This document shows, in pieces, positions 35,841 to 47,623 of a stretch of DNA of 64,000 bases. This stretch comes from Hyaloraphidium curvatum SAG 235-1 (lineage: Eukaryota; Fungi; Monoblepharomycota). Every line of letters starts with the position of its first letter. Position 1 is the stretch's first letter. Location: assembly GCA_025558095.1 (NCBI GenBank), contig JAIVFI010000036.1, positions 1-64,000 on the forward strand. The letters are read 5' to 3'. A program made the position numbers and the translations under genes. The notes under the pieces were generated by a model, which did not search any database, had not been told where the DNA came from, and saw only the letters and a list, made by a program, of their open reading frames with translations.

Positions 35841-37578
35841 TCACGCGTTCCCACCCGCGTACTTGCTCCTTGCGCGGATCCGCGCGCCGTAGCGGTAGAA
35901 CAAGATTGGCACGGGAAGCAGCAGGGCAGCCGCGAAGCCGAGTATGGTAAGCGACCAATGGTTGCCGAGGGCGTTGAACATGGACACCGAAAAGAGGGGA
36001 AAGGCGAAGCCGAGAACGGAGCGCGACACGGTCTGCGCTGCGAGGGCGGATGCGGCGTAGTAGCCGTAGGCGTCGACGGCCTGAATGGAGCGCAACGTCA
36101 ACTCACACAGCACGCCGAGTTGCAGCCTGCCAACCCACATAGGAAGACAGCGACATGAAGATGGTCAACACGCCGGCACCCAGCGGAATCCCCGCGAGGG
36201 CGGGAACGATCCAGTGGATCGAAGGGTAGCACGTCCAGGCCAGCCAGAACAGTCCCACGACAAAGATGGGTCCGCCGATCATGGACGCCCACAGGCGCGC
36301 CTCCGGGGAGAAGCGGCCCTCGGCGTCGCGCGAGGCAACGTACTTCTTGTTGGCAAAGGGCATGATGAGGAAGAGGGCGAGCACGGAGCCGACCCAGACG
36401 CCGAGGAAGGCGAGGCCCGTCTCGCCGGCGTTGAAGTGATAGATGCCGGTAAATATGAACGGGTAGGCCGTGAAGAGCAGGTAGAGCACGCCATAGACGA
36501 GGCCGCCGTAGATGGACGTGAACGCCACGATCAGCTCGGTGAAGAGGAACTTGAGCGGCCTCGTGAGCGAAACCAGGAGCAGCTGCGTGACCGTGCGGCC
36601 CTCATGCTCGACCGGGCTCCTGCATTCGACCAGGGTCTTGCCCGTGGCCTTGCGGATCTGCTTCGCCTTGCGCGTGAGGAGCACGGGATGGTATGTTTCG
36701 GGCACGAACCACGCCAGGCAGAGGCTGGCACCGGAGAACGCGGAGAGGAAGATGAAGACGGAGCGCCAGCCAAACGAGATCCCCATATAGCCCGAGATGA
36801 CGGGGCCGAGAACGGGTCCGAGGAAGGGCATGAGCGAAAAGACGGTCATGGGGTAGGCGCGCTGCGCGGGCAGGAATATGTCCCCGATGACACCGCCGGC
36901 GTTGGTGAGAGAAGCCGCGGCAAAGATGCCGGCGATCAGGCGCAAAGCCAGCATCTCGCCGATGTTGGTGACGAAGACGCAGCCGATGTTGAACGCCAGC
37001 AGGCCCACTCCCGAGATGATGTTGACGGGCCGCCTGCCGACGACTTCTGACGCCGGCGCCCAGACGAGCGGGCCGAGCACGTAGCCGAGCACGAACAGCG
37101 AAATCAGCATGGTGGCCTGCAGCTGGGTGGCGCCGAACTCCGCCATGATGGTCCGTGCGACGCCCGAGGGCGCCGAGGACGCCAGGGTGGCGTTGAGCAC
37201 CAGGAGGGAGTTCGCGATGGTGAAAGCCCAGCGCCTGCCGAGCGACCAGTGGTGGGGGTTCTGCGGGTCGTCCACGGCCCACTTGACGATGGTGGGGTCC
37301 TCGAGCTCGGCCTGGCGCCCCTTTGCGTCGCCGTCGTCGAGCGGGATGTCGTCGTGCGGCAGGACGTCCTCGGCGAACTCGCCCTCGGGGTCCAGGAAAC
37401 CGCTCTTGGCGCGGCGCGAGATGTCGAGGTCCGACGCCTCGGGGGCGTGCGGCGCCGTCGTCGCTTCGGAAATGACCGAGGCGTCGTCTGCGGCCGGGTC
37501 AACGGCGCGGGCCTCGGGGACGGCGAGCTCGAGCGCGGCGGGCGCCAGCGCGGTGGGCATGGGGTTCGCGGCGGCCAT
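35841..37578 (-). CDS. MFS multidrug transporter, DHA1 family; spliced near the 3' end
   Basis: W..DDPQNP.HWS, SLFVLGY.LGPLVWAPASEVVGRR, GPVLGP, WR, PETY, PEARL, YAASALA; ~12 TM. Confidence 0.92.
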
Positions 37579-38113
37579 GCTGGCGGGCCCTGTGGCGGCG
37601 ACCGAACGGGGCAATGGAGAAAGGGCGTTTCTGCCGTGGAATTGTGGACGTTCTGCCGTTGGGAGCCTAATCTACGCGGAACTTGCCACCAGGAGTTTGC
37701 ACAGCCCGACTGGGCGCTCCAAACCGCCGGCTTTTCCAACAAAGCCACCGCATACGAGGTTCGTCGAGCTCTCCAGATGCCGTGAAGGCCTCTTAGCACC
37801 ATGTTTGCCCAAAGCACGAGCTGCTGTCCACTCTAAACTGCCCGGTGCGAGTGTTGTCGGCCAAACTCAGTCCTGCCGGTCCCACCAAGATTTCAAAAAA
37901 CCGGCTAATTCAGTCGAAGGGCAACTCTTCATGAACGTTCTGGAGCTGTAAGTCGGACTTTGATGCGACTGGGACGTCATCGGTCCGACCCAATCACCCA
38001 CGTCAGGGGCCTCGCAGCCAGATTACAAACTGACCGAAAACAAGATGCAACATTGCGAATATGTTTTCCCCAATTGTCCGCGCTCACAGATCGACTTCCA
38101 CCTACCCTAACGA

Positions 38114-39255
38114 CTACTTCGCCGTGTAGCCGCCGTCCACGACAAACTCGGTGCCCGTCATCTGCCGATGAAGCGGTCAGCTTTCGAGCATCCCCGACAC
38201 CCGCATCACCCACGAAGCTGCTCTCATCACTGGCCAGGAACAGCGCCGCGTTCGCGATGTCCTGGGCCACCCCCAAACGGCCGAGCGGGTGCCGGCTCGT
38301 GATGTCGTCGTAGAGCGCCTTGCGCATCTGCCCGTCGGGGACCGCGTCAAACGCGTTGCGAACCATGGGAGTGTCGATGAACCCGGGGTGAATGCTGTTT
38401 ATCTGGAGCATGACAGGCATGAGATTGTTAAGCTAGACTGATCTGCAGCGGACAAAGGCACTGACCCTAATCCCCAGCTTCTGCTCGGCGCAATACAGCG
38501 CGGCCGATTTCGTCAGGATCCTGACCCCGCCTTTGGAGGCGCTGTAGGCAAAGATCATGGGGTCACCAATGATTCCTTCGATCGAAGAGAGGTTGATGAT
38601 GCTTTTGAGCTCCTTGGCCTTGTTCTCTCTCATTGAAACGATGCTGTGCTTGATCCCGAGAAACGTGCCGGTCCTGCAATGTGGATACACGCAATGACGG
38701 GGATCACGGTGGCGGATGAAAAGGGGGAGACAGGTGAACCAGTCAGAGGCCGGCCAGCCGTCGGCGACGGCCAGCGAGCCTACAAGTTAACATCGATGAC
38801 CTTGCTCCAGGTATCGACAGAAAGCGTCTCCAACGGCCCCTCCAGGAGCGCGACCCCGGCCGAGTTCACCGAGATGTCGATGGGCCCGAGCTCCTTGCCC
38901 ACGGAGGAGAACAGCTTCTCCCACTCGGATTCCTTGGTGACATCCTGGTCGTAGACGAGCACCTTGCAAGAGGGGGAGGTCTTGCTGATCTCGGCGGCGA
39001 TGGCCTCGGACGCCGCGCGCTGGCGTGGGAGGTCTGGCGGCACCAGCACGGCAACGCGGGCGCCGGGGCAGCATTTAGCATCCCATGTGGCTGCAAATGG
39101 CGTTTGTGTAGCCCACCGGTGATGACCACCGCTCCTGCGCCGTGCCGCGCGAACAGTTTGGCGGTCGCGGCACCCAACCCGGAGGCACCGCCAGTGATCA
39201 GCGCGATGCGTCCGCGGCCCGTGGACGCGTTCAGAAGGCGTGCAGCGACGGACAT
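38114..39255 (-). CDS. Classical short-chain dehydrogenase/reductase; spliced
   Basis: IALITGGASGLG, DVT, VNSAG, NLSS, YSASKGG, NSIHPGFIDTPM, FLASDESSF, TGTEFVVDGGYTAK*. Confidence 0.9.
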
Positions 39256-39643
39256 TTCGTGTCGGAGAACGCGGCGTCAAGTCTGCGGGTGGAGGTCGAG
39301 GAGCGGCGTGAGCGAGGAGGTCGCGGAGCGGAGTGAGCGAGCGTGGGGGACACCCGACTCGCGTCGGACGACAATGCCGCACCGCCCGCGGCGGTGACTT
39401 TGGCCTATGTCAATAAAGAATGCTCTCTTAAATGATTCATGGTGCTTCATCATGAATCTCTTCACTGAGACCCTCTTTTCTTGGACACTGGCCTGGGCAA
39501 GAGTTCCTAGCTCGTTTGCCCCGTCCGTCCTCCACATTCGATCACGGGAGGCCCGTTCTGCGAACCTGCGACCACGCGACGGAAAGTAGAGACCACGCGC
39601 AAAACGGAGTCTTCTCTTTTGGAGAAAAAGAGAAGGCTGCTCA

Positions 39644-41212
39644 ATGAAAGCCGACGGGGAGCCGTCGGACGGCGGACCGCCCCCGTGCGCGACCTTTACG
39701 ACCGCCGAGTTCTTGGCCCTTTTGCCTTCCCCCGCCCCGCGCCGCGCTGCGCTGCCGTGGAACGTGCCCGACCCTTCTTCTTTCGTGGACCCTGCCGCTT
39801 CCGCGCGCCGTGCTATCCGCTCACGGCGCCGGCCGCCGGCGATCCTCTCCGCGCTGTCTCCCTATCCGGGGTTGAGGCAGTACGTGTCTCTCGCTTTGGC
39901 CGCGCAGGCGTCAAAGTACACCTTCGTCCTATGGGCATCCAAACACGTGGCGGCGATACCGCCCGTCGTCGCGACTTGGATTTTCGGTCGCGACCGGTTC
40001 GGGACCCGGCAGCTGGCCACCGCGACCGCCGTGTTCGCATTGAACAGCCTCATTTGGCTCGCCATGTTCCTGCGCTCCGGATATATGGTAGAACGGCTCA
40101 GGAACTCGACGAGGGATCCCGAAGGGGACTCAAGGGCAAGGCGGATGACCAGATTCTGGACGACCACAGGCTGGCTCCCCTGGTACGATGGGTGCAGCTC
40201 GTATCATCGACACGTGAGATGGATTCCGTTGCTTGCGCCCCCGAGGAGTTGCGGTCGCAAGGCCCGGCGGCGCTCGTTGCCCACGTCGAAGGGGACCAGC
40301 TCTGCCACTGCGCAAAGACTTCTTGCCTCGGATCGCTGCCAAACCGGGTCTTGTTCATTCTCTCTGGAGTATACGCTCTCATTTTGGTGGTGACACTCTT
40401 GTGCTACGTTGCTTTCTTCAGGTACACGCCGCTGGTGACCCTCGGAGCGCAACCTGGAGCACTCCATGGAGCGCGGTCCTCGGCACGGTGTACCTCGTGC
40501 TTGGAATCTCCTTCTACCTCGGCGCGGTCGACGCTCCGCTCATCACGGCTGGCAGCTACCTGCTGGACCTCGACACAAGGCTGCGGGTTCGCGCTTTTCG
40601 GATCGCCCTCGGGTTCCAGGTGGATCGTTTCCGTTTCGCGGAGCTCAGCGGCGGCGACTGTCCCGTCCCGGAGGCGGCAGGTGGCCCGGACGCCGAGCTC
40701 TACATCACCTTGCACCACGCCATTGCTCTGACCTGGAAGTACCGCTTTGCGCAGTTCGCCATGTCGCGGTTCCTGGCCCTCGGCGGATTCTTCCTCGAGG
40801 TGTCCCTGGCCGTCGTGTACGTGGCCGCGAGCGGGTGCCTGCCGGCCTGGGCGCTCGTCGCCACGGTCCTCTGGATCGCCGTGTCCGTCGGCGAGCTGGT
40901 CGCCATCGCCGGGGCCAACGCGCAGCTCGACACCGTGGCCGGGCTGTTCTCCGCGACGCCTCAACGGGGCTCGAGCTGCTCATGCTCCGCGTCGGACCCG
41001 GCTCGGCGCTCCGTGTGCGAGCCGAGGACACGTGCAGGGTCATGGCTGCGATGTTGGCGGTGGACGTGAGGGCCAGGTTCCTGGGCGCGCACGTGTCGAT
41101 GGGCGTGGTCAGGACGGCGGCGGCGACGGCGCTGACGGTGGCCGTGGCTGCGTTCGGGCTGCTGAGGGGCGCCGGTGTGTTTGTGAGCCTCGACAACGTT
41201 TGTCCCGGGTAG
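39644..41212 (+). pseudogene. 7-TM family protein (GRL/7TM-ion-channel-like), copy 2; three frameshifts
   Basis: EFLALLPSP; LVRWVQLV; HVEGDQLCHCAKTSCLG; SGCLPAW; ELVAIAGAN; RARFLGAHVSMGVVRTAAATALTV...DNVCPG*; frame changes near 40170, 40450 and 40950. Confidence 0.7.
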
Positions 41213-41389
41213 CCTCTGTGAATGTTGAGGTTTCTGGACGACGGCGATCGGAAGGAAGGTACGCTGATGACGTCAGAAAGTCCAACCAATTGCAATCCGA
41301 ATAAACAAAACCTCTCGGTACATTACGGCCCCTTCCTCCATCTCTTTCCTTCCTCTTCCTCCCCGTCCATCCTCCCACCCAACCCGAGA

Positions 41390-44086
41390 TCAGTACCTCC
41401 CCGCCTGCTGCCCCGCCTGCAGCTGCTGCCCGTAGTACCCGCCCTGCATCCCCATCTGCATCTGCATCTGCGGGTACCCCTGCATCTGCTGCTGGTACGC
41501 CGCGTACTGCGGCTGCGGCTGCGCGTACCCCCCTGGCGGCTGTCCCTGTGCCTGCTGCGCCTGCTGCTGCGCTTGCTGCGCCTGCACCGCACCGACGTTG
41601 GGGCTCGGCATCCCCGGCAGCCCGATGCCCGGCGGGAGGGTCTTCATCCCCCCCGCGATCCCTCCCGACCTGCTCCCGGTGGGTACCGCGGCGCCGAACC
41701 CGGGGGGCAGCGTCGCCCCCGCGCGGTCCGAGAACCCCGTGCCGGAGGACTTCGCCCGCGCGATCGAGTCCCCGCTCTGGCTGTTTGCCCCCCTCGACTT
41801 TGGCCTTTCGGGCGCCGGGAGCGGCAGCGCGAACGCGGAGCCGCAGGCGAGGCAGCCGGGCACGCCGGCGGGGTTATGCGCGAGGCAGGCCGGGCAGACG
41901 AGGCCGGCGTCGGTGCTCCGGACCCCGCGGCCGACGACGGCGCCGTTGGTCGCGCTCGGCGGGAGCAGCGGCGCGGAGGAGGACACCAAGATCTGTGAGC
42001 TCTTGATCCGCGGCTTGAGCGGCGCGCCGCCGGCAAGCGCGCCCGACATCGTGCTTCCCCCCAGCGTGGCCATCGTCGCGCCCGCCAGCGAGGCAAAGCT
42101 CGGCCCGGGGCCGACGGCGCGGCTGCCCGTGGGGTACATTGTGCCCGGGGGCAGGTACCCGCTCCGCGCGAGCACGTTGCCGCTCTGCGCCTGCATCATC
42201 CCCGGGGTGTATGTCGAGCTGGCCTGTGCGGCAAAGGGGAGGATGCCGCTGGTCCCCGGCATCGCCGGGGGCAAGGCGAGCGGGGAAGGCTGCGGGATGC
42301 CGGCGGGGAGGAAGGGCGCGCCGAGCGGAGGCGGGGCGCCCGAAAACGCCGGGATCGAGGAAGCGGTCGGCCCGGCGGGGGCGGGCGCGCCCGAGTAGGC
42401 CGACAGGTTGGCGGTGCTCTGCGCCGCGAGCGGGAAGCCCTGACCACCAGGCGGCGGGACGGTGCCTGCGCGGGAGAGCTGCGGTGCGGATTGGGCAGAG
42501 GGGAGGGGCTGCGTGTTGAAGCGCTGCAGGGCCGGGGGCTGCGCGCCGTACCCCGCGGCCGCCATCGCGAGGGAGTAGGCCGAGGCCTGCGGAGCGGCCG
42601 GGGCGCCGGCCCATTGCGCGCCGGGGGCGTAAGCCGCGCCGGGCTGGTTGGCGAATGTGGGGTAGCCAGGGATCTGGGAGTAGGGCAGGCCGGCGGTATA
42701 GGTCGCGCTGGCTTGCCCGGCAAAGGGGGCCGCGGTGACGGGGAGGCCGGCGGTGTAGGTGGATGCCGCCTGGGAGGCGAACGCCGGCGGCGTGGCGGAT
42801 GCGGGGGGTGGTGCACCGGCGTAGTTCGAGGGGGCTTGGGGAGCGAACGACGGTGCGCCGTTCTGCGTGGAAGGGAAGCCGGCGGTATAGGTGCTGGCCG
42901 CCTGGCTTGCGAACGCAGCCCCGCCCCCTTGCGACATCGGCAAGCCCGCGGTGTAGGTGTTCGCCGCCTGGTTGGCAAACGCAGCGCCGCCCCCTCCCTG
43001 CGATACGGGGAGGCCCGCCGTGTACGTGCTCGCCGCCTGGTTCGCAAACGCCTGCCCCCCGGACGGCACGCCGTTGGGCACGGGCGACGGGTACGGCGGG
43101 GTCGCAAACAGCGCCGCCACTGCCGCATTGGGCAGCGCCGGTAACGGTGCCGGGTTCCTCAGCGGGGCCGTTGCGGCCGGCGGTGGCGCCGGCGCGGCCG
43201 GTGGGGGCGTCGCGGCCGCGGTCGGCATGTTCGGCGTGCCCGTCCACATGGTCGGCGTCGGCGTGCCAGAAGTGCCCGTCCCCGAGCGACCCCCGGTGCC
43301 GGCGGTGCCCGGCGTCGGTGTGGCGCTGCCCGAGCCCACCCCCGTGCCTGGCTGGCTGGCGGTGCCGGTGCCGAACTGGGCCCCCGGCGCCCATGCGGTC
43401 CGTTCTGCGTAGGGTACGGCCCGCGGGCGCTCGCCCGAGCGGGTGCCCATCATGTCGTTCGGGCCGTGGATGCCGATGGCGAGGTTGGAAAGGAGGGAGG
43501 AGAGCGAGAGCGGCGGCTTGGGCCGGTGCGTGAGGGTCAGCTGGCCGTCGGCGTTGTAGTCCGGGTCGGCCCCGTAGGCGCTCGATGCGGCGGAATAGTT
43601 TGCAGCGGAGCCGGGCCCCGATGGCGCCTTGATCGGGCCCGTCCTCTTTGGCGACGGGTACACGCGGTCCGACGACGCCGGGGCGTCCCAGCCGTCTGCG
43701 TAGTTTGTCGGGTACGGCATCGAGTCCTCCGAGTCCTTGCTCTCCGCCGGCGACGCCGAGTACGGGGCGTCGGGCATGCGAGCGGGCACGGCCAGGTGGT
43801 CCGCCGGCAGCTCGGGCACCGCGGCGGCCGGCAGCCGCTCGCCCCACGCGCCCTCGGGCATCCGCAGCTGCAGCCCGGGCGGCGGCTTCCGCGGCGGCGT
43901 CGGGCCCCGCGGCAGCCCGGTCGGCGCGACCGACGAGTCGTCCGACGGCCGCCGCGCCGTCGGCACCAGCAGCCCGCCCGCGCCCGCCGCCCCCGCGTCC
44001 GCCGGCGTCACGTGCGCGTAGTCGGCCCACGCCGCCGCCGCGCTGAGCGCCGGCGAGGCCGCCGGCACGCCCGGGTCGGCGGACAT
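41390..44086 (-). CDS. Large disordered Pro/Ala/Gln-rich protein with internal FAxQAxxTYTAGLP repeats and a RanBP2-like Zn finger
   Basis: 898 aa ORF; CPAC-x10-CLAC near the C-terminus; Q/Y/G/M-rich tail. Confidence 0.75.
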   Translation of the reverse strand: MSADPGVPAASPALSAAAAWADYAHVTPADAGAAGAGGLLVPTARRPSDDSSVAPTGLPRGPTPPRKPPPGLQLRMPEGAWGERLPAAAVPELPADHLAVPARMPDAPYSASPAESKDSEDSMPYPTNYADGWDAPASSDRVYPSPKRTGPIKAPSGPGSAANYSAASSAYGADPDYNADGQLTLTHRPKPPLSLSSLLSNLAIGIHGPNDMMGTRSGERPRAVPYAERTAWAPGAQFGTGTASQPGTGVGSGSATPTPGTAGTGGRSGTGTSGTPTPTMWTGTPNMPTAAATPPPAAPAPPPAATAPLRNPAPLPALPNAAVAALFATPPYPSPVPNGVPSGGQAFANQAASTYTAGLPVSQGGGGAAFANQAANTYTAGLPMSQGGGAAFASQAASTYTAGFPSTQNGAPSFAPQAPSNYAGAPPPASATPPAFASQAASTYTAGLPVTAAPFAGQASATYTAGLPYSQIPGYPTFANQPGAAYAPGAQWAGAPAAPQASAYSLAMAAAGYGAQPPALQRFNTQPLPSAQSAPQLSRAGTVPPPGGQGFPLAAQSTANLSAYSGAPAPAGPTASSIPAFSGAPPPLGAPFLPAGIPQPSPLALPPAMPGTSGILPFAAQASSTYTPGMMQAQSGNVLARSGYLPPGTMYPTGSRAVGPGPSFASLAGATMATLGGSTMSGALAGGAPLKPRIKSSQILVSSSAPLLPPSATNGAVVGRGVRSTDAGLVCPACLAHNPAGVPGCLACGSAFALPLPAPERPKSRGANSQSGDSIARAKSSGTGFSDRAGATLPPGFGAAVPTGSRSGGIAGGMKTLPPGIGLPGMPSPNVGAVQAQQAQQQAQQAQGQPPGGYAQPQPQYAAYQQQMQGYPQMQMQMGMQGGYYGQQLQAGQQAGRY

Positions 44087-44679
44087 TGCGCGGCCGAACG
44101 TCGCTCTCCGTTTACCTGCTGCGGGCGGCGGTCCCTTCGGCCCGCTCCCCAGATCCCCCTCGCAGGCTACCTAGCAAACAGGCGGCGGAAATCACCGCAA
44201 TGTGGTCTCCAGGTTGCGATTCGAGCTCATCGGGCGGTTGCGGCCGGGATTCGTCGTTTCCGCCCAGGGCATCCGGGGCGCCCCGACCGCGGATCCCCCG
44301 CCCCGCACGGGCAAGCCCCCCGCCTCGGGGCATGCCCTGCCCCCGGAAAACACTCCCATGCAGCGCATCGGATCACAATACATTCAGGAAAAATGGCCCG
44401 GGCTCGGAAGATGGCGGCATCGGACCTTGGGGTGCGTGGAACGGACCGTGCGGCCACCGCGGCTTCCTCCCCAGCAAGGGACGGAATGGCCTTCGGCGGA
44501 CCGCAGTACGGCGCGAGACAAAAGACAAAAGAGCTCTTCGATCCCATGGAAGCGGCGGCGGCCCCAAATTCCGTCGCCAGCGTCCCCGTCCCCGCTCCCT
44601 GGCCGTCCTTGCGTCCCTGTCAGCAGCGGTCCGGTCCCCTTATGCGGTCTCAGAGCGTGGGAGAACGGCGGAAGCATTC

Positions 44680-47000
44680 TATCGGCGCCGTCTCCCCGGG
44701 GTAACCGCCCCGCCCTGGTACGGTTGGGGCGCACAGGGAGGATTGACGGCGCCGTCCCTTCCGCTCGTGGTCGTACTCCGCCGCCACCGGCGCCAGCCCG
44801 TCGATCGAACCATGGTCCGGGCCACTGCTTCGGCGCCGTAGCCGGCCACTTGGAAACGGTCCCGCCGCGAAGCGGCGGGACGCGCCAGTGGATGCGGCGG
44901 CGCCGCCCTGCCCTTCGTCCCTGCCTGTCCCCTTCCGGCTCCGCACGAGGGCGACTCTCCCGGTGCATGCAACCTCGTCCCCGGCACCGCAGCTTCTCGT
45001 GCCTTTGCGCCCTGCTGGGAAACAAAGGCCGTGCGATCGGGCGGCGCCGTCCCAACCTCCCTTGCTGGTACCCACCCCTCGATCCGCCGGATCAGAAAGT
45101 AGAGCTACCGTACCGTGCGCTTCTTTTCCGGCGCCTCCCGCAGTTGCACGGATCGAAGCCCCGTCTTGGAACGGGCGGGGCGCTCCGGGGCATGCGGCGG
45201 CGCCGTCCTCATCCTTGCCCCCCAAGTGGTCCTCGTCCTCCAGGTTCGTGTGAAGTCGAACAGGCAGGCGTCCGGCGCAGCTCGGTCCCGGCGCTGCCGT
45301 TTACAAGAACGTGCCGGCCCGCCGCCGAGACGGCGGGCAATCCGAGGTGTGAGGCAGCGCCAGTCCGAATCCTCGCGCAGGCAAGCTCGTCCGGTCCGCC
45401 CATACATCGATCAGCTATTCGTCCCGAGCAGTCTCGTTCCGGCGCCGCCGATGTATCTCCTGGATCGTCGCCCCTCCGGCGAACGGCGGGGCGGGCCGGG
45501 CGATCCGGCGGCGCCTTCCTCAGACTTTGGTCCCCGTCCGCTCGGGCCGCCGATCTGCGCCACCATCCCGCCAGTTCGCTTCTGTTCCGGCGCAGCCGTC
45601 TTCGATGCGGAGAGGTGCCCCGTCTTGGAACGGGCGGGGCTCTCCGCGGCAACCGGCGGCGCCGTCGGTCGGTCCGCGTCCTTGTGCACCCGCAGCTTGC
45701 CTCGCGCCCGTCCGAAAGATCATCCGGCATGCGACAATTCCATCCGGCGCCGCCCAGGACACACGCTTGGCCCCGCCGCTGGAACGGCGAGGCGCCAAAG
45801 GCCCTGCGGTGGCGCCATCCGATCGTGCTCTTGCCCGTGATCCCCTCGCTGCGTCCTGTAGGCCCCGGCGGCGCCGCTGACTGCCAGACGGTTCGCCCCA
45901 CCTCGCTCGGGTGGGGCGAGCTGGGAGTCTGGCGGCGCCGTCCGTCCGCACCCATGCCCCGTCGCGGTGGGCCGCCCCTCGATCGCGTGTCTGTGAATGC
46001 GGCGCCGGCGCCACCGAAACGATCAAATGGGAAAGAGCCCCGCAGCCGTGACTGCGGGGCTCCCCGCTAGATTTGGCGGCGCCATCCTGCCCGATCGCGT
46101 ACCCGGATGCGAACGCACGGCGCCACTCTCCCACTCATTTGCTTGGGCAGCGTTTGTAAAGCGCAGCCCAGGTGCTGGGAAAGCGGCGCCATCCCTCCGT
46201 CCGCGCACTTCGTGTTCGCAGTCGATCCGCTCATCATCCGGCGCTGCCCCGACTTTCGGATTTCGGAGCTGGCCCGCAGCCAGGACTGCGTGCCCTCACG
46301 GCGAGCCACGGCGGCGCCGGCGCTGTCCCCGCTGGCAGATTCTGAAATAGGGCGCCGCCACCGGGCCCTATTGTCTCTCCTCGGCACGGCTGAGGACGCC
46401 AGGCCGGTCCAGAGAGCGGCGCCCATGTCCACAGCTCATGTCGATCCGGTCGCTCTTGGTCCCACCAGTCCGGCGCCGCCCATCATTCAATTGTGTCGTA
46501 CAGCCGAAGCTGCGCGACGCGTCCTTGTTGATCGCGGCGGCGCCATTGCTGGCGGGGTCGAGAAAGCATCCATCCAGAGCTGCCGACGATGTACTTCCAG
46601 CCGTAGCTTGCCCACCTGCATGCTCCCCTTCGCTTTGTCCCCCCAGGATGGTCCACAGGGCACAGACTGGTTCCAAGGCGGCGCCGATCCCGTCCGATCT
46701 GCTTTCGGATGCGCGCTGGCGCCGTGCGCGATGGGAAAGGCAAATTCCGCCGAGACTACACGTCCACCCGCCGCCTGCTTGAGCGGCCGATCATGCAAGC
46801 CGGTGCAGAGTCCCACGATTGATCTCGTCCAGCTCGTCTGTAGAGGGTCTTGCTTGTTCCCGCCGCGGAAAGCAAAAGTGCAACCGTGCCCTGCCCCTCC
46901 CGCGGTGGGGCACGTCGGGCCGGATCTCCGCGGCGGACCCCGGAAATCCCACGTCCGTCCGTGCAGCTCCACTCCCAACTTTTACGCACGACGTGAGGCG
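44680..47000 (-). pseudogene. Degenerate repeat region, possibly a decayed ankyrin-repeat gene
   Basis: Many GGCGGCGCC(G/A)TCC-like motifs; near-duplicate ~45 bp blocks at ~45158 and ~45617; minus-strand fragments HKDADRPTAPPVAA..GH, GSMQVGKLRLE, GTVALLLSAAG. Confidence 0.3.
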
Positions 47001-47623
47001 CTGGTGGTCCTCTCTCGCCGTATCCGGTGCCAGCCACCGCGAAGGAACCCCGCCGTCGGAGCGGAGGGGCTCTCCTCGGGCGAGCGCAGCAACGCCCCGG
47101 CTCCCGTGGTGATCTTCCGAGGGCCCTTCGGATGAGGCGTTCATGCGCGCTGCACTGAAACAGCGCAGCGCCAAGCAGACACCGAGGCGCCCTCCGGATC
47201 CGCGTCCGCCCCGTCGTCCCGGGAACGCAGCGCTCCGTGGGCCCTCGGGCGCCGCGACCAAGACCAAGAGTGAAGCGTTCGCAACTCCGAATGTCGTCCC
47301 AGGCAAGAGCTAAACAGGTCCGCGGTGTCACAGCTGCCGACTTTCACCACTCGCCGAAGCCGGCGGCGAAAGGGACCGCGCGCGACACCACACACCCGCG
47401 TCCATCTCATGATGTCCGAAATGCTATTCGTTGTCGTCGCCAGTGGGCGGGAGCAGCATGTTCATCAGGGGTTTGTGAGGTCGGACCGATGACGTGCGCG
47501 ATGTGCGCGAAAGCCCGCCAGACCACGCTCAAACTGATGCGGAGACTTCGACTCCAATCAACTTCAATAAGCAAATCATTCGAATAGATTACATATTTCA
47601 CCCCTCTCCACTGCCCTTCTCAA

